This document shows, piece after piece, positions 8,111-17,100 of a stretch of DNA of 43,009 bases. How positions within the stretch are numbered: position 1 is the stretch's first letter; every line of letters begins with the position of its first letter. The notes under the pieces were generated by a model. It searched no databases and was not told the origin of the DNA. It saw only the letters and a list, made by a program, of their open reading frames with translations. This stretch comes from Bacteroidia bacterium (lineage in GTDB: Bacteria; Bacteroidota; Bacteroidia; J057): positions 1 to 43,009 of the forward strand of contig JBJXHA010000271.1 in NCBI GenBank assembly GCA_046160275.1, read 5' to 3'. Both the position numbers and the translations under genes were made by a program.

Positions 8111-8149
8111 AAGAGGTGAAACTTTAAAAAGTTTTGCCTCTTTTGTTTT
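8111..8149 (+). terminator. intrinsic terminator after valS
   Basis: 14-bp stem AAGAGGTGAAACTT / AAGTTTTGCCTCTT (two G-U pairs), loop TAAA, followed by TTGTTTT. Confidence 0.75.
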
Positions 8150-8213
8150 ATGAGTTACAACAGGATCGCAGATAAAAATCAAAACAACCCTTTTTTCAAT
8201 TGTTTCTTTTTCG

Positions 8214-8221
8214 TACCTTTG
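8214..8221 (+). promoter_or_regulatory. -7 promoter box TACCTTTG for pheS
   Basis: TAnnTTTG match 18 nt upstream of ATG 8240. Confidence 0.6.
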
Positions 8222-8239
8222 CGTGATTTTTGAAAAAAT

Positions 8240-9277
8240 ATGAACATCGCAGCACTGCATAGTTATTGTGAGCAAAGTCTCGCTGAATTGGCGCAAATTA
8301 TGACTGTTCCTCTGTTGGAGGAGTGGTATAGAAAGCATTTATCTCGAAATGGGGAACTCCAAAACTGGAAAAAGGGGATTGGACAAGTGCCGAAAGAGGA
8401 AAGACCGCTTTTTGGAAAGGAAATTAATACCGTAGCGCAACAAATGGAAACGACTTTCTTTGCGCATCAAGAAAGTGTTAAACTCATGGAATTGAATGAG
8501 TTAATGAGCAAGGAGCGCATTGATGTAACTTTACCTGCTCGTCATTTGGCAACGGGTGGCTATCATCCTTTGCAACAAACACTGCGTGAGGTATATCAGA
8601 TTTTTCAAAGCATGGGCTTTGTCGTTTTTGATGCGCCGCACGTAGAATTAGATGAATATAATTTCCAAAAATTGAATATTCCGCCTTCTCACCCTGCGCG
8701 AGATATGCAAGATACCTTTTATGTGTCGGAAGATGTCGTGTTGCGTACGCATACTTCTCCTGGACAAATTCGGGCGATGGAGCAGTATGGAAATGGCGGT
8801 ACGGAACCTGTTCAAGTGATTTTACCAGGGCTTTGTTACCGAAATGAAACAATTACCGCACGTTCAGAGGTACAATTTCATCAGGTTGAGGGATTGCTTG
8901 TGAGCGAAAACGTAAGAATGAGCGATTTAAAAGGTATTTTGTTGCGTTTTGCGCGGGCAATGTTTGGCGAAAATCAAGAAATTCGTTTTCGTGGGAGCTA
9001 TTTCCCTTTTACTGAACCGAGTGTGGAGGTTGACATAAAATGTACGTTATGTGGAGGCGAGGGTCGTCGTGTGTGTAAGCACAGTGGTTGGCTCGAAATT
9101 TTGGGTGCAGGTTTGGTACATCCTTTTGTGTTGCAAAGTGGAGGTTATGACCCTTCAAAATTTAGAGGAATTGCCTTTGGCATGGGCATAGAACGCATGG
9201 TATTATTAAAACATCAAATTGGAGACATTCGCTATTTTTATCAAAATGATGTGCGCTTTTTGCGCCAATTTAGGTAA
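8240..9277 (+). CDS. pheS: phenylalanine--tRNA ligase alpha subunit
   Basis: 345 aa. Class II core motifs are HPARDMQDTFY, LRTHTSPGQIR, FRGSYFPFTEPS and GIAFGMGIERM. Confidence 0.96.
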   Translation: MNIAALHSYCEQSLAELAQIMTVPLLEEWYRKHLSRNGELQNWKKGIGQVPKEERPLFGKEINTVAQQMETTFFAHQESVKLMELNELMSKERIDVTLPARHLATGGYHPLQQTLREVYQIFQSMGFVVFDAPHVELDEYNFQKLNIPPSHPARDMQDTFYVSEDVVLRTHTSPGQIRAMEQYGNGGTEPVQVILPGLCYRNETITARSEVQFHQVEGLLVSENVRMSDLKGILLRFARAMFGENQEIRFRGSYFPFTEPSVEVDIKCTLCGGEGRRVCKHSGWLEILGAGLVHPFVLQSGGYDPSKFRGIAFGMGIERMVLLKHQIGDIRYFYQNDVRFLRQFR

Positions 9278-9304
9278 AAAAGGAATTTTTCTTATCACAC
9301 AATA

Positions 9305-9354
9305 AACGCGTCCGCACAACAACGGCTTGAAAAAACGGTTGGTGCAGACGCGTT
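9305..9354 (+). terminator. long imperfect hairpin after pheS (terminator-like)
   Basis: AACGCGTCCGCACAACAACGG ... CGGTTGGTGCAGACGCGTT gives 8+4+4 bp with one mismatch and one bulge. No clean U-tract follows. Confidence 0.5.
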
Positions 9355-9508
9355 ACTTTATTTAAGTAATGCAAACAAAATAAGTGTAATAACTATTTGT
9401 TTGATAGTCAGAACTTTACTTCTGATAACTGATTACTGTTAATTGTCCACTGACACTATTTTCCATTTTTTTAAAACCTTTTTTCAGCTTACGTTGTTTA
9501 GGCTGCAA

Positions 9509-9528
9509 ATTAATGTTTAAACATTAAT
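9509..9528. promoter_or_regulatory. perfect 20-bp palindrome, candidate operator upstream of the yceI-like gene
   Basis: ATTAATGTTT|AAACATTAAT ends 25 nt before ATG 9554. Confidence 0.35.
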
Positions 9529-9553
9529 ACAGCTTTTTAAATTATTCTCACTT

Positions 9554-10234
9554 ATGACCAATTTTAAGTATTTCTTAGGAATCGCCAGCCTTTCTATGTT
9601 ATTAGTCGCTTGTGGCGGTGCTGCCGAGCAAAAAACGGAAAACAATGATGCCGCAACTACAACCACTGAAAATGCTGCGCCAGCAAATGGAGCTTTCGCG
9701 GTTGATGCAGAAAACAGTATCGTTGAATGGAAAGCAACGAAAGCCGTAGGTGGACACAATGGAACTGTGAAATTTGATGCAAGTTCTGTGAACGTAGAAA
9801 ATGGTAATTTGACAGGTGGAAAATTCACCATTAATATGGGCAGTATAAAAGTATTGGATTTGAAAGATTCTGCGCAAAGTGTGGACTTAGCGGGTCATTT
9901 ACAAGCTCCGGACTTTTTTGATGCGCCTAAATTCCCGACTGCTACTTTTGAGTTGACAAAAGCAGAAGCGGTAAAAGACAATCCAGAAGTTACGCACAAC
10001 CTTAGCGGGAAATTCACTATTCGTGGTATTAGCAAAGACATCACTGCGCCAGCAAAAGTGAGCTTTAATGGCAAAGAAATGGCGGCTACTTCTATCTTGA
10101 AATTTAATCGCCAAGATTATGGTATCGTTTATCATTCTGCAAAAGATAAAAGTTTCGACTTGAAAAAAATGGGAGATAAGCTTATCAATGACGAGGTAGA
10201 GTTGAAATTGAATGTAAAAGCAAAAGTAAATTAA
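9554..10234 (+). CDS. YceI family (polyisoprenoid-binding) lipoprotein
   Basis: 226 aa with lipobox LLVAC. WKATKAVGGHNGTVKF, GHLQAPDFFDAPKFPTATFE and the LKFNRQDYGI pattern are typical of YceI-like domains. Confidence 0.85.
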   Translation: MTNFKYFLGIASLSMLLVACGGAAEQKTENNDAATTTTENAAPANGAFAVDAENSIVEWKATKAVGGHNGTVKFDASSVNVENGNLTGGKFTINMGSIKVLDLKDSAQSVDLAGHLQAPDFFDAPKFPTATFELTKAEAVKDNPEVTHNLSGKFTIRGISKDITAPAKVSFNGKEMAATSILKFNRQDYGIVYHSAKDKSFDLKKMGDKLINDEVELKLNVKAKVN

Positions 10235-10270
10235 TTTCTTTCAAATAAACGTTTAATCTTATCGAAAACG

Positions 10271-10312
10271 AAAGAGGAGATTCCGCCCTAGTGGTGGATC
10301 TCCTCTTTTTTT
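10271..10312 (+). terminator. intrinsic terminator after the yceI-like gene
   Basis: 11-bp stem AAAGAGGAGAT/ATCTCCTCTTT, extended by CCGCC/GGTGG, followed by a T-run. Confidence 0.85.
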
Positions 10313-10686
10313 ATAGATAAAAGGCAAAAAGAGAGCAAGAAACCTTACATGTTTTTTTAATGAAAACAAGAAAATCTATTGCATTGCCATAATGAATAAG
10401 ATTTTTTTTGAGGGTTTAATATTTTTTGGGGAAATATTTTTACACCTAGAAAAAAGTTGATTATTTTCAATAATTACTTGAAAATGAACCACTAAATAAT
10501 TTTAATTTTAGTATATTTATTTAAAATAACATTACCTTTATAGGCATTTAACGAAATTTCATTAGTTAATTTTGGAAAAAGTCTTGTTTTTAATAAATTT
10601 TCTTACGAACTTTGAGCCTGAAATAAAACAAAGAAAGGAATTAATCCATTATATTCTAACATTTATAAAGCTATCACACAATACTT

Positions 10687-11085
10687 ATGAAATATACACA
10701 AACTTATCTTCAATTATGGTTGATGTTTGTTTTGGCTTTCTTATATGTGGGTTGCCAACAAGAAGAAAAAAAGGTTGAGGTTGTTACAGAAGAAAAAGCC
10801 CCTGTAATAGAAAAGACCGAAACACCTACCCCAACTCAGGTTTATTATGAAATTATTGATTCTCCTGAACAAACCTTTGGGTATGATATCTTCGTTCAGG
10901 GACAAAAAATGATTCATCAGCCTTATATTCCTGGGGTACAAGGCGCAAAAGGTTTTTCGACCAAAGCTGATGCCGAAAGAGTAGCTAAATTAGTGATAAC
11001 TAAAATACAAAGAGGAGAAATGCCGCCAACAGTTAGTTTAGAAGAACTAGAGAAATTACACATAGCATTGCCTCAATTCAAGTAA
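10687..11085 (+). CDS. small lipoprotein, DUF4907-like
   Basis: 132 aa with lipobox FLYVGC. FGYDIFVQGQKMIHQPYIPGVQGAKGFSTKADAERVAKLVITKIQRGEMPPTVSLEELEKL resembles DUF4907 family proteins as I recall them. It lies directly upstream of a Kelch protein. Confidence 0.6.
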   Translation: MKYTQTYLQLWLMFVLAFLYVGCQQEEKKVEVVTEEKAPVIEKTETPTPTQVYYEIIDSPEQTFGYDIFVQGQKMIHQPYIPGVQGAKGFSTKADAERVAKLVITKIQRGEMPPTVSLEELEKLHIALPQFK

Positions 11086-11193
11086 CAATATTGACCATTT
11101 ACACAATTTTAGGTTAAGAAATTACCTGAAATTAACCAACTTGCAAAATTGATTACCTTTCAAAAATTGTATTTCTTATTTTTATTTATACAA

Positions 11194-14100
11194 ATGCGTT
11201 CATATCAACATCTAACCTTCGCCACATCGCTCTTGTGGATTTTTATGGGTCTTACCTTCTCAGTTCATGCGCAAGGAACATGGACATTAAAACCTCAATT
11301 TGGAGGGGTTGCTCGTAAAGGAGCAGTGGGTTTTTCTATTGGTTCTAAAGCGTATGTGGGTACAGGGGAAGCGGCTAGTGGCGTTTTTAAAGATGATTTG
11401 TGGCAATTTGATGGCACTTCTTGGACTCAAATGGCAAACTTTCCTGGCGGAATTCGCACGCAATCGGTAGGTTTTACCATTAATAACAAAGGCTATATTG
11501 GTACAGGATATAATTATTCGGCAGGAAATTTTATCTATCGAAACGATTTTTGGGAATTTAACCCTACGTCTAATTCTTGGACACAAAAAGCGGATTTGCC
11601 CGCACAAGGAAGGTCAGAAGCCGTAGGTTTTTCGATTGGCGGAAAAGGGTACATTGGAACAGGCTATTATTATATTCAACCAATTGCAGAAGGGTTAAAT
11701 GATTTTTGGGAATACGACCCTACAACGAATCAATGGACACAAAAAGCAAATTTCCCCGCAGGAAAACGATATGCTGCCGTAGGATTTGCCGCAAATAATA
11801 AAGGAATTGTAGGAACAGGAAGATATATTAATACCTATTATAGTGATATGTGGGAATTTAATCCTAATGGTAATACATGGACTTCTCGCCCTGCTTTGCC
11901 TGGCGGAAACCGCCGCAGAGCTGTGGGTTTTTCATTATGTGATATTGGATATGTAGGAACAGGTGAAGATGTCAATGGAACAAAACTGAGCGATTTTTAT
12001 CAATACCAAGCGGCAACTTCTTCTTGGGCAGCTATTACCCCTTTTCCTGGAGGTACTGTTGAAAGTGCTGCCGCTTTTGTTTTTAACAATAAAGGCTATA
12101 TTGTTACAGGGAATTATACAGCAGGATTGTCTAAGATTTTTTACGAATTTACCCCTAGTACACCTTGCGTGAATCCTTGTGGCTTAACTCAACCCGCAGG
12201 TGCAGACAAAACGATTTGTTCGGGAAATAGCGTATCGATTGGTTCAACCTCTGTGGGAGGAATGTTATATTCTTGGTCTCCTTCTACGAGTTTAAGTTCG
12301 GGAAGTGTTGCTAATCCAACGGCTTCTCCCAATAATACCACTACTTATTATGTGTTTATTACCAATGCTGCTGGCTGTTTCCAAACGGATACGGTAGTTG
12401 TTACGGTAAAACCTTCTCCCACAGCCAATGCAGGCGCACCACAAACGATTTGCGCTAGTCAATTGGTTCAAATTGGGCAAACTGCGGTAGCAGGTGTTAC
12501 CTATTCTTGGTGGCCAAGTACCGCTTTAAGTAACCCTGGTATTTCTAACCCATTTGCAACGCCCACCACTACTACGACCTATACTTTGTATGCGACAGGT
12601 TCAAACGCTTGTACCGCGCAATCTTCGGTAACAATTACGGTAAATTCAGTTCCTACTGGATTAGCAGGTGCCAATAAAAGTATTTGTATAGGACAAAGTA
12701 CAACGATTGGTTTGACTTCTGTTTCAGGTTTAACCTATGCGTGGTCTCCCTCAACAGGCTTAAATGCAACAAATATTGCCATGCCTACGGCAAATCCAAC
12801 GACTACAACATCTTATGTATTAACCGCAACCAATTCTTCTAATTGTCAAAGAAAAGATACCGTTGTGGTAACTGTAAATCCATTGCCTACTGCCAATGCT
12901 GGCGCAGATAAAAATACCTGTGCGGGTGTTCCTGTGCAAATTGGAAATACGGCAGCCGCAGGTTTCTCTTATGTATGGACTCCTACTACGGGCTTGAGCA
13001 ATCCTAACATTGCCAATCCAACCGCTACGATTACAAGTACTACTACTTATAGTTTGACTGTAACTAACAATCAAACAAACTGCTCTGCAACAGATGTAAT
13101 GGTAGTGATAGTAGCACCTGCGCCTACTGCTAACGCAGGCGCGGATAAATCCACTTGTGCAGGAACAGCAGTAAGTATCGGTTCTGCTGCGGTAACAGGT
13201 GTTACCTATTCATGGTCACCTGCAACAGGATTAAGTTCTGCTACGGCAGCAAACCCAAGTGCAAATCCAACAACAACAACAACTTATACCGTATATGCTT
13301 CTAACGGAAACTGTACGGTTTCAGACCAAGTAGTAGTAACTGTAAAACCTTTGCCTGCGGCAAATGCAGGAGCAGACCAAACCATTTGTTCGGGTTCTTC
13401 GGCACAAATTGGGCAAACTGCTGTATCAGGGGTAACTTATTTATGGTCACCTTCTACAGGATTGAGTTCCGCCACAGTCGCGAATCCAAGTGCGTCGCCC
13501 ACCTCCACAACTACCTATACTTTAACTGCTACTTTAAATGGTTGTACCAAAATAGATAATGTAATAATTACAGTAGCAGCTGCGCCTACTGCCAACGCAG
13601 GTGCAGATAAAACTACTTGTGCAGGAACAGCAGTTAGCATTGGTGCTACTGCGGTGGCAGGTGTTACCTATTCATGGTCACCTGCTACGGGATTAAGTTC
13701 TGCCACAGTTGCCAATCCTTCGGCAAATCCCACAACCACAACCACTTATACTGTTTACGCAAGCATAGGAAATTGTACTAAATCAGACCAAGTATTAGTA
13801 ACTGTAAAACCTTTACCTGCAGCAAATGCAGGGACAGACCAAACTTTATGTTTGGGTTCTTCAATACAAATTGGACAAAATACGGTAAATGGCGTAAGCT
13901 ATTCTTGGTCACCTGCTACAGGCTTGAGTTCTGCAACAATTGCTAATCCGATTGCCTCTCCTACGACTACAACTACTTACACTTTAACCGCTACTTTAAA
14001 CGGTTGTACCAAAACAGATAATGTTACAATTACCGTAGCTTCTTCTGTTACGGCAAATGCTGGCGCAGATAAAACGATGTGTTCAGGAACGCCTGTAAGT

Positions 14101-17100
14101 ATTGGTTCTGCTGCAGTAGCGGGGGTAACGTATTTATGGTCACCTGCAACAGGATTAAGCTCTGCTACCGTTGCCAATCCAACGGCAAATCCAACGGCTA
14201 CCACAACTTACACTTTAACGGCTTCTGTTGGGAATTGTAGTAGTTCTGACGCGGTAGTTGTTACGGTAAAACCTAGCCCTGCGGCAAATGCAGGAGCTGA
14301 TAAAACTATCTGTGCAGGAAGTTCAGCGCAAATTGGGCAAACAGCAGTAACAGGTGTAACGTATTCATGGTCGCCTAGCACAGGATTAAGTAATGCAAAT
14401 ATTGCTAACCCTGTTGCATCACCTACGGCTACCACTACCTATACTTTAACTGCTACTTTGAATGGTTGTAGTAAAACAGATGTGGTAATTGTGAATGTGG
14501 GAGGAAGTGCAACTGCAAATGCAGGTGCTGACAAAACAATGTGTATCGGCTCACCTGTAAGTATTGGTGCTACTGCTGTGGCGGGAGTTACCTATTCATG
14601 GTTTCCTACAACGGGATTAAGTTCTGCTTTTGTTGCGAATCCTACGGCAAATCCAACGACGACAACAACTTATACGGTATATGCTTCTGTTGGAAATTGT
14701 GGAGGTTCAGACCAAGTAATTGTTACTGTAAATTCGCTTCCTACGGCAAATGCAGGAGCTGATAAAACGATTTGTGCAGGCGGTTCTGTGCAAATTGGAA
14801 CTGCTGCAGTTTCTGGGATGACTTATAATTGGTCTCCTAGTACTGGATTAAGTAATGCAAATACTGCTAATCCTATTGCATCGCCTACAGCTACTACCAC
14901 TTATACTTTAACTGTTACCAATTCAAATACAGGCTGTAGCAAAACTGATGTTGTCATTGTAAATGTAAGCAGCGGCGCATCTGTAAGTGCAGGGGCGGAT
15001 AAATTTATCTGTACAAATGGCAGCACTTCAATTGGAGGAACAGCCGTAACAGGTGCCTCTTATTCATGGTCGCCTGCCACAGGTTTGAATAACATTAATA
15101 TTGCAAACCCAACAGCCTCTCCTTCGGTTACAACCACTTACATCGTTTATAATCTTGCGGCAACTGCGGGTTGTGGCGCGACTGATACGGTTATTGTTAC
15201 CGTACTTACGCCACCAACTGCAAATGCTGGTGTAGATAAAACAATTTGTGCAGGCGCATCGACGACAATTGGTGTTGCTGCAGTTGCAAATCTTACCTAT
15301 AGTTGGAGTCCTGCTACGGGTTTGAGTTCAGCTGCGGTAGCGAATCCAACTGCATCGCCTACAACGACAACTACTTATACTTTAACTGTTACCAATCAAG
15401 GAGGTTGTTCTTCTACTGATGTGATGATAGTAACTGTCAATGCTTCTCCTGCCGCAAATGCAGGACCTGATAAAATGATATGTATTGGAAATAGCGTGCA
15501 AATTGGAGCAACTGCTGTAACAGGTGTGAGTTATTCATGGTCACCTGCTACGGGATTAAGTTCAGCAAGTGCTTCTAATCCAACAGCATCTCCCACGACA
15601 ACGACTACCTATACTTTAACTACAACGAGTGCTAGTAATGGTTGTAGTCGTACAGACCAAGTAACAGTTACGGTAAATTCCTTGCCACAAGGAACGGCGG
15701 GTAGCGATAAAAATTCTTGTTTAGGAGGAAATGCGCAAATTGGAACAACCGCAGTAGCAGGCTATAGTTATAGCTGGAGTCCTGCCACAGGTTTGAGTAG
15801 TGCAAGCGTTTCTAATCCAACGGCATCGCCTTCGGTTACAACTACTTATACTTTAACGATTACAGATAATAATACGGGTTGTAGCAAAACAGACCAAGTA
15901 GTTGTAAATATTACTTCTGGTCCTGGTGCGAATGCAGGAGCTGACAAAGGGATTTGTCAAGGTCAATCAGTTCAAATTGGAACTGCTGCAATAAGTGGAT
16001 TAACTTATCTTTGGACTCCTAGCACGGGCTTAAACTCAACCACAGGTGCGCAGCCTTTTGCCTCTCCTTCTGTTACAACTACCTACACTTTAACGGTAAC
16101 AGATCCTAATACAGCTTGTTCTAGTACAGATTTGGTTACAGTAATTGTAGGACCTTCTGCTAGTTTTAATGCAGGACCTGATAAGGCAATTTGTATTGGC
16201 GGAAGTGTGCAAATTGGAGCTGCTCCAGTTTCTGGTTATTCTTATAGTTGGACTCCTTCTACTAATTTGAATAATGCATTGGTTGCAAATCCGATTGCAA
16301 ACCCAACAGTTACAACGGTTTATCAAGTTACTGCTTATACAACAAGTGGAGGTTGTGGCGCGATTGATACGGTAATCGTTACAGTGAATAGTTTGCCAGT
16401 AGCAAATGCAGGCGCAGATAAAACGGTTTGTTCTGGTTTGTCTGCTCAAATTGGCTCGGCAGCAGTAAGTGGAATTACTTATTCCTGGACACCTACCACA
16501 GGTTTGAGTAATCCTAGTATTTCTAATCCAACGGCAAGCCCTTTATCTGCAACGACTTATACCGTATTTGCTATCAATAGTTCTACGGGTTGCACAACTT
16601 CAGACCAAGTTCAAGTAACGGTAAGCACTAGCCCTACGGCAAATGCAGGGGTGGATAAAACGTATTGTCAAGGAACACCTGTACAAATTGGTACGACTGC
16701 GGTAAGCGGTTTGACTTATACTTGGTCACCTTCTTCTACTTTAAGTAATGCTTATGTTTCTAATCCTTTAGCAAGCCCTAATTTCACAACTACTTACAAT
16801 TTGACGGTAAGAAATGCAGCGGGTTGTACGGCTACAGACCAAGTAACGGTTACTGTAAATGCGAGTTTGAATGCGAGTGCTGGGGCAGATAAAAATATTT
16901 GTATTGGAAACACTGTGCAATTAGGTACAACAGGAGCTACGGGAGTTTCTTATAATTGGAGTCCAAGTACAGGATTGTCTTCTAATACAGTAGCTAATCC
17001 GATTTCAAATGCTACGGCTACCACGACTTATATTCTTACAGTAGTAGGAAATGGCTGTGTAGATAAGGACACTGTGGTTGTAAATGTAAATCCAAACGTT

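Noticed and set aside
10572-10778. 68-aa + strand ORF overlapping the start of the DUF4907-like gene.
   Set aside because: It starts with a non-ATG codon in an AT-rich spacer, overlaps the better-supported lipoprotein ORF in another frame, and has no recognisable features.
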